A stretch of DNA of 62,325 nucleotides from Actinomycetota bacterium (GCA_050693875.1 JBOGWP010000131.1:1-62325); one strand, 5' to 3'; positions 52,440 to 61,464 are shown, counted from the first letter of the stretch. Program-made: numbers and translations. The notes: a model not told the origin generated them from the letters alone.

Positions 52440-53594
52440 ATGGATCTCGCACCGAGCGACGAACAACAGGCGATCGTCGAGGCCCTTCGTGAGTACGCCG
52501 CCGACGAGATCCGCCCGGCCGCCCGAGACGCCGAGGCCGCCGGCACCGTCTCGGACCGGATCCGGGGCCAGCTCGCGGAGATGGGGCTCGTCTGTCCGGT
52601 CGCCGAGGAGTTCGGCGGGCAGGGTCGCATCGACGCTCTGACCGCGGTGATGGTCGCCGAGGAGCTCGCATGGGGCGACCCGGGGATCGCCTTCGCGCTC
52701 CTGGCATCGGGGAGCACCGCCGTAGTCATCGATCAGGTTGCGTCGCCCGCGCAACGCGCCGAGCTGCTGCCGCGGTTCGCCGCGGGAGCGCTCGGCTTCG
52801 TGGCGGTGACCGAGCGCGACGCCGGCAGCGACGCATCCGAGATCGACGCCCGCGCGACCAGGGAGGCGGGCGGGACCAGCCTCAGCGGAACAAAGTACGG
52901 GGTGCCCTTCGCCGACACGGCGTCGGTCCGGCTGGTCCTGGCGCGGGGCTCGGACGGCCCGGCGCTGTGGGCCCTCGCGCCCGGCGCCGAGCCGATCCTC
53001 GAGCGCGAGGACAAGCTCGGGCTGCGCTCCGCGCCGACCTTCAAGCTCCGGCTCGACGGCGCCTCGGCCGCCGCCGAGCCGGTCGGGCCGGGGGCTGCCC
53101 TGGCGTCTGCCATGGCGCGCCACCGCCTCGTATACGCCGGGGTTGCCCTCGGCCTCGCCCGCGCCTCGCTCGAGTACGCCACCACCTACGCGGGGCAGCG
53201 GACCGCGTTCGGGCGCCCCATCGGAGCCTTCCAGGCGATCTCGTTCAAGATCGCCGACCACGCCACCGAGCTGGAGGCGGCGCGCCTGATGACGTGGCGG
53301 GCCGCCTGGGGGCTCGACGCGGGCAGCGACGACGCCGTCCGGCTCGTCGCCGCCGCCTGCGCTCAGGCGCTCTCCGCCGCCCTCGCCGCCGCGGACGACG
53401 GGGTTCAGATCCTCGGCGGGCACGGATTCATGCGGGACCATCCGGTTGAGCTCTGGTACCGGGACGCGATGACGCTCGCGGCCCTCGACTCGCCCTCGCT
53501 GGTGGGAGAGCTGTTCGCCCTTCGGGCCACTGCCGCCGCGTTCCCGAATGGCATGCCAGGGACGAGCACCGCCAACGTGGGGGAGGAGGCATGA
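52440..53594 (+). CDS. acyl-CoA dehydrogenase family subunit lacking the C-terminal catalytic Glu motif
   Basis: ACAD fold (DEQQAIVEALREYAADEIRP, AVTERDAGSD, QRTAFGRPIGAFQAI). The position of the YEGT/FEGT motif reads LAALDSPS. ATGA overlap with the next ACAD gene. Confidence 0.85.
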   Translation: MDLAPSDEQQAIVEALREYAADEIRPAARDAEAAGTVSDRIRGQLAEMGLVCPVAEEFGGQGRIDALTAVMVAEELAWGDPGIAFALLASGSTAVVIDQVASPAQRAELLPRFAAGALGFVAVTERDAGSDASEIDARATREAGGTSLSGTKYGVPFADTASVRLVLARGSDGPALWALAPGAEPILEREDKLGLRSAPTFKLRLDGASAAAEPVGPGAALASAMARHRLVYAGVALGLARASLEYATTYAGQRTAFGRPIGAFQAISFKIADHATELEAARLMTWRAAWGLDAGSDDAVRLVAAACAQALSAALAAADDGVQILGGHGFMRDHPVELWYRDAMTLAALDSPSLVGELFALRATAAAFPNGMPGTSTANVGEEA

Positions 53595-54799
53595 TCGACT
53601 TCGACCTCGATCCGACCCTCTCCGCGATACGCGACTTCGTGCACGAGTTCGCGGCGACGCAGCTCCGCCCGCTTGCCCGCGACGCCGACGAGAAGGGGAC
53701 CGTGGAGGCGTACATCATCCGGCAGCTCGGGCTGCTCGCCGGGGACCGGGCGCAGATCGTGCCGATCGAGGACGTGCGAACCGGCGGCCGCCGGATCGCG
53801 AACATGCTCTCGGTCGTCGGCAGCGAGGAGCTCGCCTGGGGGGACGCCGCGATGATCTTCAACATCCCCGGTGCGGGACTGGCCGGGTCCTCGATCCGAG
53901 CCGCCGGCACGCCGGACCAGAAGCGGCGATTCCTCGAGGAGATCTTCGGACGAGACGACGGCGAGGCGCGGTTCGGGGCGCTGGCGGTGACCGAGTCCCA
54001 GGCCGGCTCCGACGTCTCGAACGTCCAGACCACCGCGGTCCGAGATGGCGACGAGTGGGTGCTCAACGGCACGAAGGTGTTCTGCACGAACGGCGCGCGA
54101 GCCGACGTCCTTGTGGTCAACGCGACCATCGACCGCTCGCTCGGCAGGGCCGGCCAGCGGCTGTTCGTCGTGCTCAGGGGCACGCCCGGCTTCATGGTCG
54201 GCAAGATCGAGAAGAAGCTCGGGCTGACGGCTTCGGAGACCGCGGAGCTGATCTTCGACGGATGCCGGATCCCCTTCGACCACCTCCTCGGCGGTGAGGA
54301 GGCGCTCCGTCCGGTCTCGGGATTCAAGGGGACGATGAAGACCTTCGACGCCTCGAGGCCCTCGGTCGCGGCGATGGCGGTCGGGATCGGGCGCGCCGCG
54401 TTCGAGTACGTGCGCGACTGGTCCGCCACCGAGATCCCGCCCCACTCGCGTCGCAGGCAGGTCGTGGCCGCGCGGCTCGCCAGGATGGAGCGGGAGCTCG
54501 ACGCCGCCCGCCTGCTCTGCCGGAACGCCGCCTGGATGGCGGACTCGGGCATTCCCAACTCGAAGGAGGCCTCGATGTCGAAGGCCTATGCGCCGCAGGC
54601 CGCCCTCCGGGCGTGCGTCGGGGCCATCGAGATCATGGGCCCGGAGGGGTACTCGAAGGAGCACCTCGTCGAGAAGTGGTACCGGGACATCAAGGTGTAC
54701 GACATCTTCGAGGGCACCGGGCAGATCAACCGCGTGGTGATCGCCCGTCACCTTCTCGGACGTCTCGAGGATCGGCAGCCGGAGCGAGCCGCCGGATAG
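53591..54799 (+). CDS. acyl-CoA dehydrogenase (catalytic subunit)
   Basis: ACAD fold with ALAVTESQAGSD and an intact catalytic-base motif YDIFEGTGQINR. Confidence 0.9.
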   Translation: MIDFDLDPTLSAIRDFVHEFAATQLRPLARDADEKGTVEAYIIRQLGLLAGDRAQIVPIEDVRTGGRRIANMLSVVGSEELAWGDAAMIFNIPGAGLAGSSIRAAGTPDQKRRFLEEIFGRDDGEARFGALAVTESQAGSDVSNVQTTAVRDGDEWVLNGTKVFCTNGARADVLVVNATIDRSLGRAGQRLFVVLRGTPGFMVGKIEKKLGLTASETAELIFDGCRIPFDHLLGGEEALRPVSGFKGTMKTFDASRPSVAAMAVGIGRAAFEYVRDWSATEIPPHSRRRQVVAARLARMERELDAARLLCRNAAWMADSGIPNSKEASMSKAYAPQAALRACVGAIEIMGPEGYSKEHLVEKWYRDIKVYDIFEGTGQINRVVIARHLLGRLEDRQPERAAG

Positions 54800-54838
54800 C
54801 TGTCGCTAGACTCTCGCCGAGTCCCGGAAAGGAGTCCG

Positions 54839-55690
54839 ATGCCCCTCGATGCGTCGCAGGCCGGAAAGACCTACCCCGCCCACTCGTTCGAGGTCACCGC
54901 CGATGCGATCCGCGCGTACGCCGCGGCGACGAACGACGAGAACCCCGCCTACGCCGAGGAGCGTCCCCTCGTCCCGCCCGCATTCCCGGTCGTCGCGGTG
55001 ACGACGGGGTTGTGGGCGGCCGTCATGGGCGACGAGGAGCTCGGCGTGAACCTCGCCCGGCTGGTCCACGGCGAGGAGGAGCATCTCTTTCACGCCCCGA
55101 TCCGCGCCGGCGACGTGCTCACCGTCGAGGGCTCGCTCGAGAGCGTCGAGGCGAGGGAGTCGGGGGAGACCTTCACGATCCTCGCCAAGATGACGAAGGA
55201 CGGCGTGCTTGCCGCCGAGCTTCGGAGCGTGATGTTCATTCGTGGGAAGGGCGGCCGCCGCGGCGCACCCGACCCCGAGGAGGAGCTGGGGGAGCCCGTC
55301 TTCGTGGCGGCCCAACAGGTCGACGAGGACCAGGCCCGCCGGTATGCCGGGGCGTCCGGGGACGCCAACCCGATCCACCTCGACCCGGAGTTTGCGCGCA
55401 GCGTCGGGTTTCCCGGCGTGATCCTCCACGGGATGTGCACCTTCGCCTTCGCCGCGCGGGCAGTCCTCGACGCCGTTGCGGCGCGTGACCCCCTGCGGCT
55501 GCAGCGGATTCGCATGCGCTTCTCCCGCCCGGTGCTCCCGGGCCAGGACCTGACCACGAAGGGCTGGCTGGTGGAGGACGCCGGGAAGGTCAAGACCTAC
55601 GCCTTCGAGACGCTGAATGCGTCGGGATCGGCGGTGATTCGCAAGGGGGCCGCCGAGATCCTGCACCGGCGCGAGACGCTGGGAGCGTAG
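54839..55690 (+). CDS. MaoC-like (R)-specific enoyl-CoA hydratase, fused double hot-dog
   Basis: The N-terminal hot-dog half is followed by a C-terminal half with the hydratase motif GDANPIHLDPEFA...GVILHGM. Confidence 0.85.
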   Translation: MPLDASQAGKTYPAHSFEVTADAIRAYAAATNDENPAYAEERPLVPPAFPVVAVTTGLWAAVMGDEELGVNLARLVHGEEEHLFHAPIRAGDVLTVEGSLESVEARESGETFTILAKMTKDGVLAAELRSVMFIRGKGGRRGAPDPEEELGEPVFVAAQQVDEDQARRYAGASGDANPIHLDPEFARSVGFPGVILHGMCTFAFAARAVLDAVAARDPLRLQRIRMRFSRPVLPGQDLTTKGWLVEDAGKVKTYAFETLNASGSAVIRKGAAEILHRRETLGA

Positions 55691-55750
55691 GCCCCCCCGA
55701 TCTCGCCCGGGCGTTGCTCTTGCCCGCTCGCCTGCCTCAATCGAGCCTTC

Positions 55751-55779
55751 TTGTTGACTTTACTTGCCGTTGCTAAACT
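55751..55779 (+). promoter_or_regulatory. candidate promoter in an AT-rich island upstream of the LysM/SLT gene
   Basis: TTGTTG (55751-55756), a 17-nt spacer and TAAACT (55774-55779). A TTGACT hexamer at 55754 is an alternative -35. Local GC is far below the window average. Confidence 0.3.
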
Positions 55780-55801
55780 TACAGCCCCTTCATTAACGAA
55801 T

Positions 55802-56686
55802 GTGATCAAATTCCTCAGCAGCCACAACCATCGGCGGCGCCCCCGGCACCTGCGTCGCCGGAACCGGGCGTTCGGAACCGTCGCGGCACTCCTCGCGATC
55901 GGCCTCGCGGGCCTCGCCGGTACGACCCACATCGTGGCCGAGGGCGACTCCCTCTGGAGGCTCGCGAAGCGGTACGGCACGACGGTCGAGGCGATCGACA
56001 AGGCGAACGATCTGAAGAGCCCGGATCTCGTGCGGATCGGCGAGCGGCTGCGCATTCCGACCGCGGCGCAGCCAACCGCCGGGACGCCCGCGGCCCCCGC
56101 TCCCGCGCCGCAGGCACCGGCGCTCGCCGACCACAGCGTGAAGCCGGGCGAGAGCCTGGGGAAGATCGCGGCCCGCTACGGCACGACAGTCCGCGAGCTC
56201 GTGGAGCTCAACAAGGTGCCCAGGGCGAATGTGATCCGGGCGGGGCAGGTGTTAAAGGTGCCGGTCCCCGGCCCCCCGTCGGTCGAGCAGCTCCTTGAGG
56301 GCTACAGCCGCCAGTACGGGGTCGACCCGGCGCTGATCAAGGCGATCGCGTGGCAGGAGTCGGGCTGGCAGCAGGAGGTGACCAGCGTGCTGGGCGCCGT
56401 CGGCGTGATGCAGGTCATGCCCGAGTCCGGCGTGTTCACGGGACGCCACCTCCTTGGCTCCGACGTGGACCTGCGCAATGTCGAGCACAACATCAAGGCA
56501 GGGGTGCGATTCCTCGCCTACCTGCTCGAGAAGGCCGGAGGCGACGAGCGGCTGGCCGTTGCCGGCTACTACCAGGGGCTCCGGTCGGTTCGTGCCAACG
56601 GGATGAGCGAGAAGACCAAGCGCTACGTCGCGAACGTGATGGCCCTGCGGGACATCTTCCGGAGCGGGAAGCGGCCCGCACGCTGA
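55802..56686 (+). CDS. lytic transglycosylase with two LysM domains
   Basis: TM anchor, LysM x2 (HIVAEGDSLWRLAKRYGTTVEAI and HSVKPGESLGKIAARYGTTVRELV) and an SLT domain (IKAIAWQESGWQQ, GVMQVMP). GTG 55802 is preferred. The track start TTG 55751 lies in the AT-rich promoter-like DNA. Confidence 0.85.
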   Translation: MIKFLSSHNHRRRPRHLRRRNRAFGTVAALLAIGLAGLAGTTHIVAEGDSLWRLAKRYGTTVEAIDKANDLKSPDLVRIGERLRIPTAAQPTAGTPAAPAPAPQAPALADHSVKPGESLGKIAARYGTTVRELVELNKVPRANVIRAGQVLKVPVPGPPSVEQLLEGYSRQYGVDPALIKAIAWQESGWQQEVTSVLGAVGVMQVMPESGVFTGRHLLGSDVDLRNVEHNIKAGVRFLAYLLEKAGGDERLAVAGYYQGLRSVRANGMSEKTKRYVANVMALRDIFRSGKRPAR

Positions 56687-56691
56687 CAGTC

Positions 56692-57010
56692 GGGGGAGTT
56701 CCCCCGACCACCCCCAGTCTTGATGGTGCCGCGAACTTGGGAATTCCGTCGGGAATTCCGTCGGGGCCGCGGTAGCGAGAGTTCCCCCGACCACCCCCCA
56801 GTCTTGATGGTGTCGCGAACTTGGGATTCCGTCGGGGCGGGCCGCGGTAGCGGGAGTTCCCCCGACCACCCCCCAGTCTTGATGGTGTCGCGAACCTGGG
56901 AATTCCGTCGGGGCGGGCCGCGGTAGCGGGAGTTTCCCCGACCACCCCCCGGTCTTGATGGTGTCGCGAACTTGGGAATTCCGTCGGTGCCGGGGCGGGC
57001 CGCGGTAGCG
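56692..57010. repeat. tandem repeat, four units of about 75-83 bp (MIRU/VNTR-like), intergenic
   Basis: Units begin at 56696, 56779, 56854 and 56930 (GAGTTCCCCCGACCACCCCCCAGTCTTGATGGTGTCGCGAACTTGGGAATTCCGTCGGGGCGGGCCGCGGTAGCGG). Unit 1 carries an internal 12-nt duplication (GGGAATTCCGTC x2). Each unit contains the palindromes GGAATTCC and TCGCGA. Confidence 0.9.
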
Positions 57011-57032
57011 TGATGTCCGGAGGTGATGTCCC

Positions 57033-57464
57033 GTGAGCGTTCGCACCCGCCCCTGGGTGCTTCTCGTTGTCACTGCAGCTCTCCTCGGACTCGTCGCGGT
57101 GTCCTGCCGGACGAGCGGGTCAGGGCCCGACGTGGCCCGCCTCCAGCGAGTCGAGAGCACACTGTCGAAGGTGAGCGGGACAACGGCCCGGCTGAACGAT
57201 CAGATCGCCACGCTGCGCCAGTCGCTCGAGGGCGCCGACGCCGGCGTGGCCACCGAGTTGGGGGCGGTCGAGGGCTCGGTCGACGAGCTGCGGGCGGCCC
57301 TCGACGCGCTTCGCAAGGACCTGTCCGCCGCCAAGGGGGCGGATGCCGGGCTCCAGAAGAAGCTCGACGACCTGTCCGCGAAGGTCTCGGGGATCGACCA
57401 GCGCCTGTGGGTGCTCGAGGCGCGCTACAACGACCACCTCCGCAAGCTGCACGGGCAGCAGTAG
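57033..57464 (+). CDS. coiled-coil lipoprotein
   Basis: Signal peptide with lipobox LVAVSC, followed by heptad-like Ala/Leu/Asp-rich sequence. Confidence 0.75.
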   Translation: MSVRTRPWVLLVVTAALLGLVAVSCRTSGSGPDVARLQRVESTLSKVSGTTARLNDQIATLRQSLEGADAGVATELGAVEGSVDELRAALDALRKDLSAAKGADAGLQKKLDDLSAKVSGIDQRLWVLEARYNDHLRKLHGQQ

Positions 57465-59245
57465 TGGCCAAGGCATCTCCCGCGCTCCAGACGATCGCCG
57501 AGCGCTACCGGCTCATCGCGCGGGTGGGCAAGGGCGGCATGGGCGAGGTGTACCGCGCTCGCGACCTCGTGCTCGGACGGACCGTTGCGCTCAAGATCCT
57601 TCCCCCCGACCTCGCCGGCCGCCACGACGTCGCCGAACGGTTCCGCGCCGAGGCCCAGGCTGCGGCTCGTCTGTCTCATCCGAACGTCGTCCAGATCCAC
57701 GACTGCGCCGACGCCGACGGCACCACCTTCATCGTGATGGAGTACGTGCGGGGTCGCAGCCTGCGCCACGTGCTCTCGACCCGGGGGCCGCTCGCCCCGC
57801 GCCAGGCCGGCGAGGTGGCGCTCCAGCTGCTCGCCGCGCTTGCCGCTGCGCACGACCGAGGCCTGGTGCACCGGGACGTGAAGCCCGAGAACCTGCTCGT
57901 CACCGTCGACGGCACGGTGAAGGTTGCCGACTTCGGGATCGCCCGGGTGGCCGAAGCCGTGACCCAGCAGGGCGCCCTCCTGGGGACGGTGTCCTACGCC
58001 GCGCCGGAGCAGATCCGCGGCGAGGAGGTCGACGGCCGCGCCGACCTTTACGCGGCCGGTTGCGTCCTGTACGAGATGGGCACCGGCATTCCGCCCTACG
58101 AGGGAGAGGTTGCGCAGGTCCTGCACCAGCATCTCTACGGCCGGGTGCCGGCTCCCTCCAAGGAGCGTCCGGAGCTGGAACCCATCGACTCGGTGGTGCT
58201 GAGGGCGACTGATCCGGATCCCGATCAGCGCTACGACACCGCCCGGCAGATGCGCCACGAGCTCGAGGCCGCGATCGGCGTGCTCGGCGATGCACCCCCC
58301 CTGTCCGAGCTGACCGAGGAGCTTACCTCGGAGGTGCCGGGACCGTCGGCCGAGACTGCCGTGGTCGAGCTGCGGCGGCCCAGCCGGCGACGCCGCCGCT
58401 GGCCGGCGTTGCTCCTCGTGCTCGCCCTGCTCGCCGGGGCCTTGCTCGTGCTTCGCCCGACGCGGGTCCCCGCCACCGCCGGTCAGCAGCTAGACGCGGC
58501 GAGACGCCGGTTGGAGGCTGCGGGGCTCGAGCCCAAGGTGCAGCGGGTGTTCTCCGACTCGCAGGAGGCCGGCGTCGTCATCGGCACCCGGCCGGGGGCC
58601 GGAGGGTTGACCCGGGATCGGGCGACGGTTCTGCTGCGCGTCAGCAAGGGGCCGGACGTGGTCGCCATCCCACCGGTGTCCGGAAGATCTCTCGACGATG
58701 CCACCGGGCTCCTGCGCAGCCAGGGGTTCGTGGTCGGCGGAGTGGAACGCGTCCACAACCCGGCGCCAGATGGCACGGTCATCGAGCAGAACCCCCGCGG
58801 CGGGCAGGTCGAGCGGCGCGGGTCGGTCGTGAACCTCGTGGTGTCGTCGGGCCCCGATCTTCTCGGAGTGCCCGAGGTGCGGGGCAAGACCGCCGACGAG
58901 GCGACGAAGATGCTCGCCGATTCGGGGTTTGGCGCCACCCGGACGGAGTCCTTCGCGGACGCGCCGGCGGGTGCCGTCTTGTCACAGGCTCCCCTCCCGG
59001 GCGAACGGCTCGAGCGGGGTCAGCCGGTGGAGATCACGGTGAGCAAGGGACCCGAGCCGTTCGCCATGCCGGAGGTCACCGGGCAGACCTGCGGCGAGGC
59101 AAAGACGCGCCTGGAAGGGCTGGGGCTCGTGGTCGACGTCCAGGCCCGGTCGGGGACCTGTGGAACACAGCGGGTGCTGGCACAAGACCCCCTGCCGGGG
59201 GCGCGGGTCCAAAAGGGCGGGCAAGCAACGCTGTACGCGAGCTGA
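57464..59245 (+). CDS. Ser/Thr protein kinase with four extracellular PASTA domains (PknB-like)
   Basis: GTG 57464 overlaps the lipoprotein TAG (TAGTG). Contains GKGGMGEVY, VALK, HRDVKPEN, DFG and SYAAPE, then a TM helix (WPALLLVLALLAGALLVL) and four PASTA units. Confidence 0.92.
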   Translation: MAKASPALQTIAERYRLIARVGKGGMGEVYRARDLVLGRTVALKILPPDLAGRHDVAERFRAEAQAAARLSHPNVVQIHDCADADGTTFIVMEYVRGRSLRHVLSTRGPLAPRQAGEVALQLLAALAAAHDRGLVHRDVKPENLLVTVDGTVKVADFGIARVAEAVTQQGALLGTVSYAAPEQIRGEEVDGRADLYAAGCVLYEMGTGIPPYEGEVAQVLHQHLYGRVPAPSKERPELEPIDSVVLRATDPDPDQRYDTARQMRHELEAAIGVLGDAPPLSELTEELTSEVPGPSAETAVVELRRPSRRRRRWPALLLVLALLAGALLVLRPTRVPATAGQQLDAARRRLEAAGLEPKVQRVFSDSQEAGVVIGTRPGAGGLTRDRATVLLRVSKGPDVVAIPPVSGRSLDDATGLLRSQGFVVGGVERVHNPAPDGTVIEQNPRGGQVERRGSVVNLVVSSGPDLLGVPEVRGKTADEATKMLADSGFGATRTESFADAPAGAVLSQAPLPGERLERGQPVEITVSKGPEPFAMPEVTGQTCGEAKTRLEGLGLVVDVQARSGTCGTQRVLAQDPLPGARVQKGGQATLYAS

Positions 59246-59248
59246 CGG

Positions 59249-60355
59249 CTACTTCCGTGACAACGAGCGGGCCGGGGCGGGCGTGAGCTCGAGAAGGATC
59301 GCTCGGGAGCGGACGGCCTGGCGGAGCGTCAGGCTGCCGATGACCGTGGCGACGAGCAGCGCCACGAGCGGGACCGTCACCGGTACCGAGTCCCGCACGA
59401 GCGCCGGATCCGGCGCCACCACGGCGTCCGCGGCAGTGGCGGGAACCGCCGGCGCGTCCTCGAAAGCGGTGCGTACCCGTTGCTGCGATCGCGGCACCGG
59501 ACTGCGGTAGATGGATACTCCAGACGCCTCCCGGAGCGCGGGCAGGTTCGAGAAGCCCCAGTCGTAGAGCGCGCTGCTGGCCGCGTAATGCCGGCCGTTG
59601 GTGACGTCGAGCATCACGGCCAGGATGGTGTCGTCGCCGCGGCGCGCCGCCGATGCGAGACAGTGCCCGGCACCGCCCGTGTAGCCGGTCTTCACCCCGA
59701 TCGCGCCGGCGTAGCGCCAAAGCAGCTTGTTGTGGTTGACGAGGATGCGGTGCCCCCCGTTCCAGCCGATCTCGTGCGACCGGGAGGCGACGATCTCGGC
59801 GAGGACCGGATTCCGAAGGGCGGTCGCGGCAATCAACGCGAGATCGCGTGCGGTGCTGACGTGGCCGGGCTCGTCCAATCCGTGCGGGTTGCGAAAGCTC
59901 GAGTGCTGCGCACCCATCGCGGCGGCACGCTCGTTCATGAGGGCGGCGAAGCCCTGCAGAGAGCCGTCTGGGCTGACCTTCTGGGCGAGGGCGACCGCGG
60001 CATCGTTGCCCGATTCGAGCAGCAGGCCCCACAGGAGGTCGCGGACGGGGAGGGTCCACCCCTCCTCTGCGTACAGGCGGGCGCCCGGGGCGTTGCGGGC
60101 CTCGGGGGTGATCGTGGCGGTGTCCTCGAGGTCGGCCCGCTCGATCACCACGAGGGCGGTCAGCATCTTCGTCAGGCTGGCGGGAGGCCGCGGGACATCG
60201 GGTTCGTGTGCCCACAGCACGCGCCCGGAGGAGGCATCGACGAGGATGCCGGAGGACATCGATACCTGCGGAGGGGAGGGCGTCTCGGCCCCCACCGGAG
60301 CCGCGAGCCCCAGGAGGAGCCCCCCGACAAGCAGCAAACGCACTGTTGCCCGCAT
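59249..60355 (-). CDS. D-alanyl-D-alanine carboxypeptidase (S11 penicillin-binding protein)
   Basis: ATG 60355. Signal peptide, SLTK, SGN and KTG motifs, and a C-terminal TM anchor. Confidence 0.9.
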   Translation of the reverse strand: MRATVRLLLVGGLLLGLAAPVGAETPSPPQVSMSSGILVDASSGRVLWAHEPDVPRPPASLTKMLTALVVIERADLEDTATITPEARNAPGARLYAEEGWTLPVRDLLWGLLLESGNDAAVALAQKVSPDGSLQGFAALMNERAAAMGAQHSSFRNPHGLDEPGHVSTARDLALIAATALRNPVLAEIVASRSHEIGWNGGHRILVNHNKLLWRYAGAIGVKTGYTGGAGHCLASAARRGDDTILAVMLDVTNGRHYAASSALYDWGFSNLPALREASGVSIYRSPVPRSQQRVRTAFEDAPAVPATAADAVVAPDPALVRDSVPVTVPLVALLVATVIGSLTLRQAVRSRAILLELTPAPARSLSRK

Positions 60356-60408
60356 GAAACCGGCGATAGCGTATGAGAGGGAATGAGGCGAACCAAGGAT
60401 TTCCGGCC

Positions 60409-60861
60409 ATGAGGGTGGTGGCCGGCGCGGACGACGCGAGCCCCACGGTGGAGGCGGCGCTGGAACATCTGCGCGCTCGAGGAGCCGAGGTCGAGGTGGT
60501 GCCGAAACAGGACTGGCCCGACGTCGCCCGCCTGGTGGCGGAGGCGGTGGCGGAGGGCCGGGCCGACATGGGGCTCGTGATGTGCTGGACGGGGACCGGC
60601 ACGTCGATGATGGCGAACAAGGTCCCCGGCGTGCGCGCGGCGCTGTGCTGGGAGCCGTGGATCGCCGAGGGGGCCCGGCGTTGGAACGACGCCAACGTGC
60701 TCGCCATGAGCCTGAAGCGAACGAGCCCGAAGGACGCCCGGGCGATCCTGGACGCCTGGCTGTCGGTGCCCGCACCCGACGCGGATGAGCGCGCCAACAT
60801 CGAGAAGCTGTCGGGGTACGAACGCGAGCGGAGCGAGCCGAAGGGCGACACCCAGGATTGA
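60409..60861 (+). CDS. rpiB: ribose-5-phosphate isomerase B / LacAB family sugar-phosphate isomerase
   Basis: MRVVAGADDA... GLVMCWTGTGTSMMANKVPGVRAAL ... ARRWNDANVLAMS. Confidence 0.8.
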   Translation: MRVVAGADDASPTVEAALEHLRARGAEVEVVPKQDWPDVARLVAEAVAEGRADMGLVMCWTGTGTSMMANKVPGVRAALCWEPWIAEGARRWNDANVLAMSLKRTSPKDARAILDAWLSVPAPDADERANIEKLSGYERERSEPKGDTQD

Positions 60862-60874
60862 GAAGGGGCCGCAG

Positions 60875-61402
60875 TCAGGCGGAGGCCGTCGGGCTCCGGG
60901 GGCTCCGCCGCCGCCGCCGGAGCTTCTCCCGGATCCGGGCGGCATGGCGGAGCTGCAGCTCGGTGCCGTGACGGATGAAGTCCAGGATGACCTCGAGCTC
61001 CCGGTGGGAGTAGCGGCGCAGGTACTCCCTGCCCTCGTCAGCAATCGGCCCCCAGATCTCAGCGGTGAGGCGCTGCGCCTTCGGGGTCAGCTGGACCAGA
61101 ACGCGGCGCCGGTCTGCGGCGTCGCGAACCCGGCGGGCAAACCCTGCCCGCTCCAATCGATCGAGCAGGGTGGTCAGCGCTCCGGGGGTCAGCCCGGTGG
61201 CGCGGGCGAGCTCTCCCGCGGGGAGCGGGCCCCGGAACACGCAGTGGCCAAGGCAGCGCAGGTCGCTGCGGTTGAGGCCGAAGCGCTCGGCGGCAGCCTC
61301 GTCGACCTCGTCCGTGGCATCCTGCATGCGGACGATGGCCGCGCCGATCTCGTCGATACGGCTCGAACGTTCTTTTGACAATCTAACCATCTGTTCGCAC
61401 AC
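60875..61402 (-). CDS. MarR-family transcriptional regulator
   Basis: Winged HTH ELARATGLTPGALTTLLDRLERAGFARRVRDAADRRRVLVQLT. The start is GTG 61402 or ATG 61390. Confidence 0.88.
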   Translation of the reverse strand: MCEQMVRLSKERSSRIDEIGAAIVRMQDATDEVDEAAAERFGLNRSDLRCLGHCVFRGPLPAGELARATGLTPGALTTLLDRLERAGFARRVRDAADRRRVLVQLTPKAQRLTAEIWGPIADEGREYLRRYSHRELEVILDFIRHGTELQLRHAARIREKLRRRRRSPRSPTASA

Positions 61403-61405
61403 TCA

Positions 61406-61418
61406 TTCGATTATCGAA
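61406..61418. promoter_or_regulatory. candidate MarR operator
   Basis: Perfect palindrome TTCGAT-T-ATCGAA in the AT-rich 62-nt spacer between marR and the divergent ABC gene. Confidence 0.4.
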
Positions 61419-61464
61419 ATAATAGCGGGCGCGTCGGACTGCGCTTCGGATATGAGGAGAACCG

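Noticed and set aside
56692-57010. Possible CRISPR array.
   Set aside because: The whole unit of about 76 bp repeats head to tail. There are no unique spacers between short repeats and no cas genes in the window.
56252-57160. A 302-aa minus-strand ORF (and the plus-strand ORF 56720-56926) encoding repeated peptides across the tandem array.
   Set aside because: Unit lengths of 83, 75, 76 and 81 bp do not preserve a reading frame. The ORF also runs antisense into the SLT gene. It is most likely a by-product of the repeat.
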